DNA from: Octopus vulgaris
Taxonomy: Eukaryota
Length of the DNA: 64,000 nt
Direction of reading: 5' to 3'
Assembly (NCBI GenBank): GCA_951406725.2
Contig: OX597837.1
Span: 26,040,001 to 26,104,000, forward strand
Shown one piece after another: positions 1 through 12,527 of the stretch. The translations under genes were made by a program, and so were the position numbers. Positions within the stretch are counted from its first letter, which is position 1; each line of letters begins with the position of its first letter. The notes beneath the pieces were generated by a model. The model did not search any database. It was not told the DNA's origin and saw only the letters and a list, made by a program, of their open reading frames with translations.

Positions 1-131
1 TGGTGTAATCTCTAGGAATACAGGCATCCAGCAACAGGACCTCCGTAATGCCATGATGGACCGTGAAGTCTGGCGTAGCATGGTAAATTCCATTGTCTCG
101 ACCACGGCCGAACAATGATGATGATGATGAT
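1..131 (+). mobile_element. RTE-clade LINE 3' terminus
   Basis: Translates to ...DLRNAMMDREVWRSMV...* (RTE C-terminal DR..W motif) followed by a (GAT)n tail. Confidence 0.65.
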
Positions 132-151
132 TCTTCAGCTCAAAATAAGAT

Positions 152-498
152 CAAGAGTACAAATCTCTGCAAAGGCAACACCTCTGGCTAATCCTCTCAA
201 CGATTAGCCAGAGATGATTTTTAAAGTGAGAATATCTGAAATAAACTCGACTGCTCTCACAAACGAGAATACTAAAAATCAACCTGACCACTCTTGAAAA
301 TTAAGTAAAAAATAGGAAAAATAATTTAGAATCCTTGTCTGGTACAGATCAATTCCAAAATTTAATCAGTTCGTGCCAGTCATAATGCTGAACATCTCTG
401 AAAGTTTCACCTGAATCCATCAAGCAGTTCTTGAGGTATCTTGTCCACGGACAAACAAACAAACACAACTGAAAATAATACCTCCGCTTTGGTAATAA
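152..498 (-). mobile_element. HINE/DINE-1-like non-autonomous Helentron-type element
   Basis: Minus strand begins TTATTACC...GCGGAGGTATTATTTTCAG, then a (GTTT)n/GTCC microsatellite, the layout typical of DINE-1/HINE elements. Confidence 0.45.
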
Positions 499-717
499 AA
501 ATGATGATGATGATCGTGATAGTGATGATGATGATGATGGTGGTGGTGGTATACTGAAGGATATTAGAATCGAAACACATGTCGTTAACCTGCAGAAAAG
601 TGTCCTCCTGTACTGTACAAGAATTCTAAGAAATATTCTTAAGATTTGAGGAGACTTATTGTCACCAAATCTCAGGATAACATTTCTGCTCATTAAATTA
701 GCATTTAAAAGCTTTAC

Positions 718-795
718 TACTACTGCTGCTACTACTACTACTACCACCACCACAACTACTACTACTACCACTACCAACACCACTACTACTACCAT

Positions 796-855
<60 letters not shown>

Positions 856-948
856 CACCACCACCACCACCACCACCACCACCACCACCACCACCACCAC
901 TACTACTACTAATACTACTACTACTACTATTACTACTACTACTACTAC
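718..948. repeat. (ACT)n/(ACC)n trinucleotide microsatellite
   Basis: Direct reading; produces the poly-T and poly-V ORF artefacts. Confidence 0.95.
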
Positions 949-1188
949 AATAATGCCAATGATGATGATGAATCAGGCTGTTTTTGTTTTGTGTTTTTTT
1001 TTTTAACTGAAAATATTTCCTGAAATGAATTCCAAAACTTTTGTGGAAAGAATAATTGTGTGTGGGGAGGCACAGGTATCAGAAATTAATGGCAAGGCAA
1101 ATGGGGAAGAAATGTAAGAATGGAGGAGAAGAAGATTGATTGAGAAATATATAAAACGGTAAGAATGGGAGAATAATTGGGTGAATAA

Positions 1189-1890
1189 AAGGGGAGAAAG
1201 AGAGAGGGAGAGTAAGAGGAGAGTGAGAGGAGAGTAAGAGAGTAAATAAGAGAATGAGAGTGTAAAAGAGAGAATAAAAGAGAGAGGGAGAGGAAGAAAA
1301 AGAGAGAGCAGGAAATATTAAGATAGAGAGAGAGTACGAGAGGGAGAGTAAGAAAAGGAGAGAGGGAGAGTAAGAGAGTAAATAAGAGAATGAGAGAGTG
1401 TGAAAGAGAGAATAAAAGAGAGAGGGAGAGGAAGATTAAGATAGAGAAAGAGAGAGTAAGAGAGGGAGAGTAAGAGAAGGAGAGAGGGAGAGTAAGAGAG
1501 TAAATAAGAGAATGAGAGAGTGTGAAAGAGAGAAAGAGAGAGGGAGAGTAAGAGTAAGAGAGTAAATAAGAGAATGAGAGAGTGTGAAAGAGAGAATAAA
1601 AGAGAGAGGGAGAGGAAGATTAAGAGAGAGTAAGAGAAGGAGAGTAAGAGAAGGGGAGAGGGAGAGTAAGAGAGTAAATAAGAGAATGAGAGAGTGTGAA
1701 AGAGAGAATAAAAGAGAGATGGAGAGGAAGAAAAAGAGAGAGCAGGGAAGATTAAGATAGAGAAAGAGAGAGTAAAGAGAGAGTAAGAGAGGGAGAGTAA
1801 GAAAGAGAGTCAGAGAGAGAAAGAGATAAATAGAGATAGGTAGATAGACAGAGATAGATAGATAGATAGATAGATAGACAGAGAAAGAGA
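1189..1890. repeat. Purine-rich (GA) compound minisatellite ending in (GATA)n
   Basis: Recurring units such as GAGTAAATAAGAGAATGAGAGAGTGTGAAAGAGAG. Confidence 0.9.
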
Positions 1891-2330
1891 TGGGGAAGGG
1901 ATCTATTTATTTTCATTTCCTTTAGTTTCTCTATTGATAAATTGATTTGTGACAGACTAAAAGTCCTGGATTGGTGCCTTGTTGCCAGAGTGAATTGAAC
2001 TCAGGAAACTGTGAACATCAAAGTCAATACTATCTAGCTGCAAGTCTGTCTCTTCAACAACCAAGTATAAAGGAACGTTGAGCGGATAATAGATACAATT
2101 TAAATGTCCTCAGTTGTATATGTGTGATGATGATGATGATGATGATGATCATCATCATCATCACCACCATCACCATTCAATATCCATGTCCCATGTTTAT
2201 ATGCATTCGATACATGTGTGTGTATGTGTGTCCATACATGTATGTGTGTCTGTATTTATATTGTGTATGTCGGTGTGTGTATATATGGATATATCCACAC
2301 ATACATGTGTGTGAGTATATCTTTATTTAT

Positions 2331-2367
<37 letters not shown>

Positions 2368-2580
2368 GGTATCTCCACACATACATGCCTGTGAGTGTAT
2401 CATATTTACATGTCTGTGAGTGTGTGTATGTGAGAGTATGATTTATTGTTGCCTGCAAGTCATTTCCTCTTAAAACTACCCTCTGCTTAACAGAGAGATT
2501 ATTTGAAATCTCACAAATTTGCCCAAGATTCTAATACGAATTTTCACCCGACATTTCAAGACGAAATGTTATTCCCACTG

Positions 2581-2800
2581 TGGAGGCGCAATGGCCCAGT
2601 GGTTAAGGCAGCGGACTCGCGGTCGTAGGATCGCGGTTTCGATTCCCAGACCGGGCGTTGTGAGTGTTTATTGAGCGAAAACACCCATAGCTCCACGAGG
2701 CTCCGGCAGGGGATGGTGGTGATCCCTGCTGTACTCTTTCACCACAACTTTCTCTCACTCTTTCTTCCTGTTTCTGTTGTACCTGTATTTCAAAGGGCCT
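2581..2800 (+). mobile_element. tRNA-derived SINE, head type C, 3'-truncated
   Basis: TGGAGGCGCAATGGCCCAGTGG (A box) ... GGTTTCGATTCC (B box); other copies at 19341, 46008 and 47817. Confidence 0.85.
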
Positions 2801-3009
2801 TTATTACAAGTCAGAAACCCTTGTCAACAAACAGCCTTGTAAGGGTAACAATACCCAATATTTCTGCCATTCTAATGGCAACATTGCATTCGGAATATCA
2901 CTTTGTATTGTCTGATACACGTTCAATGCTTCCAAAATCACATGTACATTTGTTTATATACACATCTGCTAATAACAATATTGATCTGGTTCATACCATG
3001 TCATGACAT

Positions 3010-3040
<31 letters not shown>

Positions 3041-3212
3041 GGGAGAGTTTACGAAAAAAACAAAAGACAAAGACAGGTGGTGTACAAAACAAACAGTGTA
3101 TTAGTATAATGCTCAGGAATAGAAAAAGTCTTTTACGTTTCGAGCCTACACTCTTCTACAGAAAGGGACACAGAAAAAACAAGGAGAGAAAAAAATGTGT
3201 GTAGTGGCTAAC
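3041..3212 (-). mobile_element. Penelope-type terminal-repeat remnant with hammerhead-like motif
   Basis: Flanked by (TA)n; minus strand 3165-3130 reads cttt-CTGTAGA-a-gag-tgtagg-ctc-GAAA-cg-TA-aaag. Confidence 0.45.
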
Positions 3213-3231
3213 GATATATATATATATATAT

Positions 3232-3618
3232 ATATGTATAAAGCTGAAGTCTGTGTATGGCAGGTTTGGTAACCTTCAACTAACACTATCTCCTCCGAGA
3301 CCCTACGGCGCAAGTTGCCCAAAATTGAGAGTATGATAGAAGAAGGCTTACTCTTCCTTCTGTAGAAGAAAAAATTCAAATCAGACCATGTTAACACCAA
3401 AAATTGTTTACATCAAAAAGGTGCTTTTTTTTCTATGAAAATCCCTATTTTTTACGATATTTTTACTGCTGTGTCGCCATTTTTCGGTGTATTTCAACCA
3501 GAAAAATGTTCACTTAAAGAGAATAACAAGCTACATGATGAAAAATTTTTAACTTTTCAAAAAATTCCAATTCTAAAGGGTCGAAACAAACCCAAGCAAT
3601 GCTGGGTGATACTGCTAG
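3232..3618 (+). mobile_element. Non-autonomous Helitron, family 1
   Basis: Subterminal hairpin CCCAAGCAATGCTGGG and CTAG|T end; near-identical to the minus-strand copies at 24177-25076. Confidence 0.75.
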
Positions 3619-3729
3619 TATATATGACAATAATATGATGGGAATATTATACCAAACTTACAGGGAAAAATTCAATTTAGAAATATTAAATCAAATTTCA
3701 CAAAATATAATATATATATATATACATAT

Positions 3730-4004
3730 ATAAATTGGAAAAAAAAACATCTTTTAGCAATTCAATAATGAAAAATTAAATTATACCATTTAGAAAAATT
3801 ACATATTATAGATAGATTGAATATAAGATAAAACATATAACAATGATTAAGTAATGTGCAAAATAATAAATAATATAGAATATATAAGATATCATTGTTA
3901 TATGTTTTATCTTATATTTAATTTTTCTATAATATGTAATTTTTCTAAATAGTATAATTTAATTTTTCATTATTGAATTGATAAAAGGTGCTTTTTTTTC
4001 TAAT

Positions 4005-4010
<6 letters not shown>
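3730..4010. repeat. AT-rich foldback inverted repeat (about 115-bp arms, 43-bp spacer)
   Basis: 3758-3847 is the reverse complement of 3891-3980 with few mismatches; similarity extends outward. Confidence 0.85.
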
Positions 4011-4064
<54 letters not shown>

Positions 4065-4071
<7 letters not shown>

Positions 4072-4326
4072 ACAATTTAATAAATAAAACATATGCATAC
4101 ATACATACATATATGTACATACCGACATCTATATGTATATATACATGCATATATGAGTACAGGACACCATATATAAACATAGAACACAACGAGAAACGAA
4201 AACATAAAACCAAACAAGGAAACAGACTTTTTTTAACAATGAAAAAACAGAGTACAAGACAAACAATACAAGGAACATTCCCCTTCTTCAACTGCCCCTG
4301 TTTCGACTCAATGCGTGTTTCGAAGG

Positions 4327-4361
<35 letters not shown>

Positions 4362-4640
4362 TAAATGAAATAAAACATATGCATATATATAAACATATAT
4401 GTACGTACCTACCTCTACATATACACGCATATATGAGTACAGGACACCAAAGGGACGTCGAACACAAAGAGAAACGAAAACATAGACACAAACCAAAGGA
4501 ACTGGACATTTTTTTAAAAACAACAAAAAATAGAGTACAGGACAATTAACACAACGAAAAAACCCCTTCTTCAGTCGCTAAGGTTTCATCTACTCTACGT
4601 TTCGAAGGATAAAAGCGAGACGTATCTTCGACAAGAAACT
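4065..4640 (-). repeat. Two diverged tandem copies of a TA-flanked repeat, probably Penelope terminal-repeat derived
   Basis: 4065-4326 resembles 4355-4608 (shared GCATATATGAGTACAGGACACCA...GAAACGAAAACATA); both end in CCCCTTCTTCA...TTTCGAAGG. Confidence 0.5.
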
Positions 4641-5274
4641 TTCCTTCCTGCGAAAAGCAAATCAATTAAAATTCTGAGATCTTTTCGCAGAGGGGTAAAA
4701 AATGGTAAAAAAATGGTAAAAAAACAGGACAGTAACGACAGTACAAAAATATAAACAGTAAAAAAATAAACAGTAAAAAAATATAACTGTAAAAGACAGG
4801 ACAGGGAAAAACAAGATAAGAAGGGCTGTTGGCACCGAATGAAAAAAGTATTGCAAACACAGAATTTTTTGTGAACGACAGGAGAGCAGGAAGAATGTCG
4901 TCCAGTTACCTTGAAAGCCAGGCCAAAAAAGACAGTCAGGGCGCAAGTATCGTCGTGGGTGGACGACGGGAAGGGGGGAAGAGGAGCAAGAGGAAGGGAG
5001 AGAAGAAGAGGAATGGCTGCGAGGAGAGAAGAAGAGGAATGGCTGCGAGGAGACCATGAAGAATGGTGAGGGGGAGAGAGAGAGTGAAGAATGAGTGAGA
5101 GAGGAAGAGACGAGTTAAGTGGGGGAAAAAGAAAATCAAAGAATAGGGATGGGACAGAAAGGTGAAGAGTGCGCGTGAGATGTATGTATGTACACCTCTT
5201 CAGGTTTCTATTCCAGTCCAGTCTTGCCAATGATACACAGCACTATCACACCAATTCCAGTGATCACCACTATT

Positions 5275-6456
5275 TGATGATTTTGTAGTAGTTGATAGCT
5301 TCTGTTACCTAGGTGACCAAGTCAGTAGCAAGGGTGGGTGTTCTGAAAGTGTAGCTGCTAGAATAAGAATAGCCTGGGCAAAGTTCAGAGAGCTCCTACC
5401 TCTGCTGGTGACAAAGGGCCTCTCGCTCAGAGTAAAAGGTAGACTGTATGATGCATGTGCATGAAATGAACAGCCATGCTACATGGCAGTGAAACATGGG
5501 ACGTGACTGCTTAGGATTTACGTAAGCTTGCAAGAAACGAAGCCAGTATGCTCTGCTGGATGTGTAATGTCAGTGTGCATACTCGACAGAGTGTAAGTGC
5601 CTTGAGAGAAAAATTGGACCTAAGAAGCATCAGATGTGGTGTGCAAGAGAGATGACTGTGCTGGTATGGTCATGTGGCGAGAATGGATGAGGATATCTGT
5701 GTGAAAAGGAGCCACACTCTGGCGGTTGAGGGAACCTGTGGAAGAGGTAGACCCAGGAAGACCTGGGATGAGGTGGTGAAGCATGAACTTCGCACATTAG
5801 GCCTCGCCGAGGCCATGACTAGTGACCGAGACCTTTGGAAATATGCTGTGCTTGAGAAGACCCAGCAAGCCAAATGAAACTATAACCCGTGGCCTATGCC
5901 AGTGTTGTAACCAGTCCACTTATGCATACCTTTCCTTCATTGGACACTAAACTCTACTCGCGAAGACCTGCTGAGGCAAGTGAAATTGAATCAAATTCAA
6001 TGACAGCACCGCATGACTGGCATCCCTGATAGTGGAGTGTTAAGAGAACCATCCATGTGTGATCGTTGCCAGGGCCGTTGACAGGCTCCCATGCTGGTGG
6101 CACGTAAAGAGCATCATTTGAGCATGATCATTACCAGCGTTGCCTTACTGGCACTTGTGCTGGTGGCACGTGAAAAACAACATTCGAGCGAGGTCGTTCA
6201 GGTGCTACGTAAAAAAAACACCATTTGAGTGTGGCCTTTGCCAGTACCACCTGACTGGCCGTCATGCAAGTGGCATGTAAAAGCACCCACTACACTCTTA
6301 GAGTGGTTGGTGTTAGGAAGGGCATCCAGCTGTAGAAACTCTGCCAGATCAGATTGGAACCTGGTGCAGCCATCTGGCTCACAAGTCCACAGTCAAACCG
6401 TCCAACCCATTCTAGCATGGGAAGCGGACATTAAATGACGATGATGATGATGATGA
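5275..6456 (+). mobile_element. RTE-clade LINE, 5'-truncated: RT C-terminus, 3'UTR and (GAT)n tail; decayed
   Basis: FCYLG, ARIRIAWAKF, MLHGSETW, WYGHVARM, GRGRPRKTW and DRDLW motifs with stops and frameshifts; stop at 5877. Confidence 0.9.
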
Positions 6457-6699
6457 TTGTTAGGCAAGGGTGTGTGGTAAGAATTTTGCAACCACATGGT
6501 TCCAGGTTTAGTCCTGCAAAAGTCTTCTAATATAGTTTCAGGCCAACCAAAGCATTAAAAGCTGATTTGGTAGAAGCAAACTGAAAGAAGCCCATCATAT
6601 ATATATGTGTGTGGGTTTACATCCCTGTAACTTAGCAGTTTGGCATAATAAATTGATAGTTTAAGTAGCAGGCTCAAAAAACTTAAATATGCACATCTA

Positions 6700-7095
6700 T
6701 TCTCTTTTACTTGTTTCAGTCATTTGACTGTGGCCATGCTGGAGCACCGCCTTTAGTTGAGCAAATCGACCTTGGGACTTATTCTTTGTAAGCCCAGTAC
6801 TTATTCTATCGGTCTCTTTTGCCGAACCGCTAGGTGATGGGGACGTAAACACACCAGCATCGGTTGTCAAGCAATGCTAGGGGGACAAACACAGACACAC
6901 AAACACACGCACATATATATATATAAATATATACGACAGGCTTCTTTCAGTTTCCGTCTACCAAATCCACTCACAAGGCATTGGTCGGCCCGGGGCTATA
7001 GCAGAAGACACTTGCCCAAGATGCCACACAGTGGGACTGAACCCGGAACCATGTGGTTGGTTAGCAAGCTTACCACACAGCCACTCCTGCGCCTA
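6700..7095 (-). mobile_element. tRNA-derived SINE, family A
   Basis: Reverse complement of ATAGGCGCAGGAGTGGCTGTGTGGTAAG...CTTGGGCAAGTG (CORE-like)...(TA/TG)n...AAGTAAAAGAG. Confidence 0.9.
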
Positions 7096-7349
7096 TATCT
7101 ATAAATATATATAGATCTGTGTATTTTTCCCTTGTTAACAATTAACATGGAAAAAATATATAAATAGTTACCAGGGTAGCAAAAAATTACACAAGTAAAA
7201 CAGTTGTAACTCCTTGTTTTTAAAGGTAGAAACTTCGTGTTTACGTGAAATATACATACATATATATATATATACACACACACACACATACACACACACA
7301 TATATATATATATATCATCATCATCATCATCATCACATATATATATATA

Positions 7350-7737
7350 CAGAAGTGGCTGGGTGGTAAGTAGCTTGCTAACCAACCACATGGGTCCGGG
7401 TTCAGTCCCACTGCGTGGCATCTTGGGCAAGTGTTTCCTGCTTTAGCCTCAGGCTGACCAAAGCCTTGAGTGGATTTGGATGACAGAAACTAAAAGAAGC
7501 CTGTCGTATATATGTATGTGTGTGTATATGTTTGTGTGTCTGTGTTTGTACCTCTAGCATTGCTTGACAACCAATGCTGGTGTGTTTACGTCCCCGTCAC
7601 TTAGCGGTTCGGCAAAAGAGACCGATAGAATAAGTACTGGGCTTACAAAGAATAAGTCCCAGGGTCGATTTGCTCGACTAAAGGCGGTGCTCCAGCATGG
7701 CTGCAGTCAAATGACTGAAACAAGTAAAAGAGTAAAA
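7350..7737 (+). mobile_element. SINE family A
   Basis: Same consensus; inverted relative to 6700-7095. Confidence 0.9.
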
Positions 7738-8698
7738 GAAAAAAAAGAGTATACATATATGCATATACACACACACACACACATATATATATGTTTATGT
7801 ATGTATGTATGGTACCTCCAAGTCAATAATACAACTGGCAGAAAGCATGTGTATTTGTGTGTGTATTTGTGTGTGTATGGGGAGGCACGGGCATTAATGG
7901 AAAGGTGGAGCTGTTGCGTACCTTTACATAAAGGGACGCAACACTAATAAACATATACAAAGACACACGGACAGACACATATATTTTGAGGCCTGAAGAA
8001 CCGTGGTGGTGATGTGGTGGTGGTGGTGGTGGTGGAAGTGATGGTGGCAGTGGTAATGGTGGCGGTTGTGATGGCGATGATGGTAGTTTCGGTGGTTGTG
8101 AGGAGGGGTGTTTGTCAGTGAAATATGGCGCAACGGGTGGGGCGGGGTGTGGTGGGGTGCAGGATTGTTGATGCAGGTATGTTCTAGGTACAGGAATAGA
8201 ACAACACCCCACCCCCCTTCCCAAACCACCACCACCAACTACGTAAGTATTTGTGGCACTATGCTACCTCCAGCGCCTCCCAGCCCTCAAACCTCCAACA
8301 GACTGGCTGCAGAGAAACAAAGACTAATAATAGACACATAATTAGAACATAAACCAAAAAGAAACAAAAATATCCGGCAGCCCCACGCCAGCCAGCCTCG
8401 ACAAATGTACAACGCTAGGGGTGGATTCGGGGTAGCTAAGGACCCAGAGAGTTTAACTTACGAAAAGAAGAAAAGTTCATTTATTTACGGGAGTTGAAAA
8501 CAAAAATAGTGTTGAAGCAACTAATTAGCCGTGTATTGGTCGATTGATGTTACCAGGCAATCCTTCTAGAATACTCTGGTCTCAGACAGTGGAAGGAATA
8601 ATGATTGTGTGCCAAAAACTGGTTCCAGTGTAGCTGAATATAGGCGTGTGAAGGTTTACATACAACACAATACATGAATAATAAACAAGAGAGAGAGA

Positions 8699-8739
<41 letters not shown>

Positions 8740-9012
8740 GGAGAAAGTGCGAGAGAATAATGATGTTTAATGAGGGTGATCAGGTTGTTTTTTTCTCTAA
8801 GGTGATGGGCCACAAGGGGCTGAAATTAGACAGAAAAACAAACACTAGTTAACACACACACACACAAAGAAATATAAATATGTGTGTATGTGTGTGGAGG
8901 GGGCATGCGTGTGTGTGTGTATGCAGTATATGTATGTTCACACATACTGATGTGCATGCACACACACAAATAAATACTATAAATTCATATATATATATAT
9001 ATATATATACCA

Positions 9013-9466
9013 AATTCGATGACTGGCACCTGTGCCAGTGGAGCGCTAATAGCTCCATCCGAGTGGGATCACTGCCAGAGCAGCTGTCTGGCTTCCGTGC
9101 TGGTGGCACGTAAAAAGCACCATTTGAGCGTAATTGACACCAGCGTCTCATTACTGGCACGTGAACAAAACATTCGAGCGAGGTCATTGCTAGCGCCGCT
9201 GGACTGACTCCTGTGCAGGTGGCATGTAAAAAACACCATTTCAAGCGTGGCCGTTGCCAGTACCGCCAGACTGGCCCTCATGCCGGTGGCATGTAAATGC
9301 ACCCACTAAACTCTCAGAGTGGTTGGCATTAGAAAGGGCATCCAGCTGTAGAAACTCTGTCAGATCAGATTGGTGCCTGGCACAGCCATCTGGTTCGCCA
9401 GTCCTCAGTCAAATCGTCCAACCCATGCCAGCATGGAAAGCGGACGTTAAATGATGATGATGATAA
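9013..9466 (+). mobile_element. RTE 3'UTR fragment
   Basis: Homologous to 5990-6456; GGCACGTAAAAAGCACC modules and (GAT)n tail. Confidence 0.85.
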
Positions 9467-9819
9467 TATACATGTATATGTATAAACACTTCTGCTGTGG
9501 AGGACAGGACTTCTCAATCTGGCACAATGCATACTCAAGAAGATTCATCCTCTACCAACAGAAGTGTTAATGCTGAACCCCCTTCTGATGAGGATTGGCC
9601 CTCAAGAACCCTGTACTGGTGCCATGTAAAAAGCACCCACCACACATTGTAAGAGGGTTGGCAATAGAAAGAGCATCCATCCATAGAGACCAAACCAAAT
9701 CAGACTGGAATTAGGTGCAGCTCTCCAGCTTGCCAGCTCTGGTCAAACCATCCAACCCATGCCAGCATGGAAAATGGATGTTAAATGTTGATGATGTAGA
9801 TATGCATAATATATATATA

Positions 9820-10185
9820 CTAGCACTATGACCCAGCAACGCCGGGTCATATTGCTAGTGCATGCATATACAGCTGCGTGCAGGTGCACATACATGCGAG
9901 TACAGTCCTAATCTCCGACCAGTCACATACAGCTAACTGGCATTCAATTGGCGTATCAAGTTTTGGGTGTTTTGATTGGGTTTTGGACAGAAAATTCACA
10001 AAAAAGTCACTTCTATTGATATTTTAATGGCTTTGCGGGGTGACTGGGGAAATGTAAAGATGTGCACGATGGTTTTGGACGGTTTTGAATGACCATAGAA
10101 AGTGCGAGCCCTCTAACTGAAAAATTGTGGATTTGTATACAGGACACACACACAGACAGACATTTTGCCGTTTATATATATATAT
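9820..10185 (-). mobile_element. Non-autonomous Helitron, family 2
   Basis: Terminal inverted hairpin CTAGCACTATGACCC...GGGTCATATTGCTAG with CTAG end; internally deleted copy at 25392-25644. Confidence 0.65.
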
Positions 10186-10818
10186 ATATATATACATATT
10201 ACTCCAAATCATGGGGGTTCATTTGAAGAGAACCTCAAGAAGATATAAGTATTAACCGACCTAGATGACAGCCTTCACATACATCTTCTAGGAGACTTCA
10301 ACCATCCTATTGTTTAATGGCCCGAGGGTTGCCTTCACTGAGGTATGTCAAAGCATGAACGTAGGCGAGCAGAATCTCTGCTCAACCTCATAAACATGCC
10401 CTTCATGGAGTAAATAGGGCTCCACCCAACAAGGAGTACAAATGTTCTGGACTTTTGCTTCAGAAGTCACACGGTGCCCATCCATAATGTTAAGGTGACA
10501 ATGATAATTTTCTTGGACCATAACTTAACAGAAATACCAATGAATGGTCTACAGAAGATTGCCAACATGCAGGCTACTAGAAACACCAAACTCCTTTCCA
10601 ACCTGAACTTTCGTAAAGCTGGTTGGGAGGGTATTCAGAAAAGGGTCACTTTATGACAATCACGTATGACATATGCAGTAAGTTTGCACCCGAGAGAATG
10701 TCAAACTGACAGAAAAATATAATCTTAGGGAGAGGAAGACCTTAATGAGATAAGCAAAGATCTGAAACCATCTAAATGGGCAACTGAAGTATGGCAAAGG
10801 TTCTTATCTCAAATAAAC

Positions 10819-11237
10819 ATAGGCACAGGAGTGACTGTGTGGTAAGTAGCTTGTTTACCAACCACATGGTTCTGGGTTCAGTCCCACTGCGTGGCATCTT
10901 GGGCAAGTGTCTTCTACTATAGCCTTGGGCCGACCAAAGCCTTGTGAGTGGATTTGGTAGACGGAAACTGAAAGAAGCCCGTCGTATATATGTATATGTA
11001 TATATATATATGTGTGTGTGTTTGTGTATCTGTGTTTGTCCCCCTAGCATTGCTTGACAACCGATGCTGGTGTGTTTATGTCCCTGTTACTTAGCGGTTC
11101 AGCAAAAGAGACCGATAGAATAAGTACTGGGCTTACAAACGAATAAGTCCCGGGGTCGATATGCTCGACTAAAAGGCGGTGCTCCAGCATGGCCGCAGTC
11201 AAATGGCTGAAACAAGTAAAAGAGTAAAGCGAGAGAG
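10819..11237 (+). mobile_element. SINE family A
   Basis: Full consensus; nested in the CR1-like LINE. Confidence 0.9.
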
Positions 11238-11421
11238 TATTGCTTGAGATTGGAAGTGAACTTAATGGCTCACTGACTGCAGACCCTCAGAGGCTAAGTG
11301 AAATACTGAATGTGCAACACAAAAGTGTTTGCACATCTCCATTGGGAGATATTACAAATAGCCTGATGAGTTCTTTGGCACAGCTTTAGACAAAGAGATG
11401 GCAAGTATTGATTACATCAAC

Positions 11422-11833
11422 ATAGAGGCGCAGGAGTGGCTGTGTGGTAAGTAGCTTGCTAACCAACCATATGGTTCCGGGTTCAGTCCCACTGCGTGAC
11501 ATCTTGGGCAAGTGTCTTCTCCTATGGCCCCGGGCCGACCAATGCCTTGTGAGTGGATTTGGTAGACGGAAACTGAAAGAGGCATGTCGTATATATGTGT
11601 GTGTGTGTGTGTGTATTTGTGTGTCTGTGTTTGTCTCCCTAGCATTGCTTGACAACCGATGCTGGTGTGTTTACGTCCCCGTCACTTAGCGGTTCGGCGA
11701 AAGAGACCGATAGAATAAGTACTGGGCTTACAGAGAATAAGTCCTGGGGTCGATATGCTCGACTAAAAGGCGGTGCTCCAGCATGGCCGCAGTCATATGG
11801 CTGAAACAAGTAAAAGAGTAAAGAGTAAAGAGA
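11422..11833 (+). mobile_element. SINE family A
   Basis: Full consensus; nested in the CR1-like LINE. Confidence 0.9.
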
Positions 11834-12110
11834 GAGGAAACTGATGTAAATTCAACCATCAATGAAATGAGATTAAACTTGGCCACGGGCCCTAATGGAT
11901 TTCCAGTAATCCTCAAAAGAAATGCAAAGGGGATTTTGCAAGACCACTACAGATTCTCTACCAAAGCTTCCCTGCAAATGGGAGGCTTCCAAGAAAGGGT
12001 TAAAGGAAGGCATAATATTTCCTCTCCATAAAGGAAGTAGCAGAGCAGATGCTAAAAATTATAGGCCTGTCTTTCTAATCTTGCATGTCAGCAAAGTCAT
12101 GGAACATATT

Positions 12111-12527
12111 TATTTATTTACTACCCACAATGGGCTAAACACAGAGGGGACAAACAAGGACAGACAAACGGATTAGGTTGATTATATCGACCCCAATGCG
12201 TAACTGGTACTTACTTTATCGACCCCGAAAGGATGAAAGGCAAAGTCGACCTCGGCGGAATTTGAACTCAGAACGTAACGACAGACGAAATACCTATTTC
12301 TTTACTACCCACATGGGGCTAAACACAGAGAGGACAAACAAGGACAGACAAACGGATTAGGTCGATTATATCGACCCCAGTGCGTAACTGGTACTTAATT
12401 TATCGACCCCGAAAGGATGAAAGACAAAGTCGACCTCGGCGGAATTTGAACTCGGAACGTAACGACAAACGAAATACGGCTACGAATTTCGCCCGGCGTG
12501 CTAACGTTTCTACCAGTTCGCCGCCTT
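12111..12527 (-). mobile_element. SINE family B (GGCGGCGAGCTGG-type head, Meta/MESC-like domain), dimeric
   Basis: 18-bp TSD AAAGTCATGGAACATATT at 12093-12110 and 12528-12545; internal unit present twice. Confidence 0.9.

Noticed and set aside
349-1006. Poly-Val and poly-Thr ORFs
   Set aside because: Translation of (ACT/ACC)n microsatellite; no domain or splice support
2581-2657. tRNA gene
   Set aside because: A and B boxes are present but run into a SINE body found in several copies; no proper acceptor stem
6874-7104. Recurrent ORFs ...RRASFSFRLPNPLTR... and ...DRLLSVSVYQIHSQG...
   Set aside because: Antisense translations of SINE family A, repeated throughout the window
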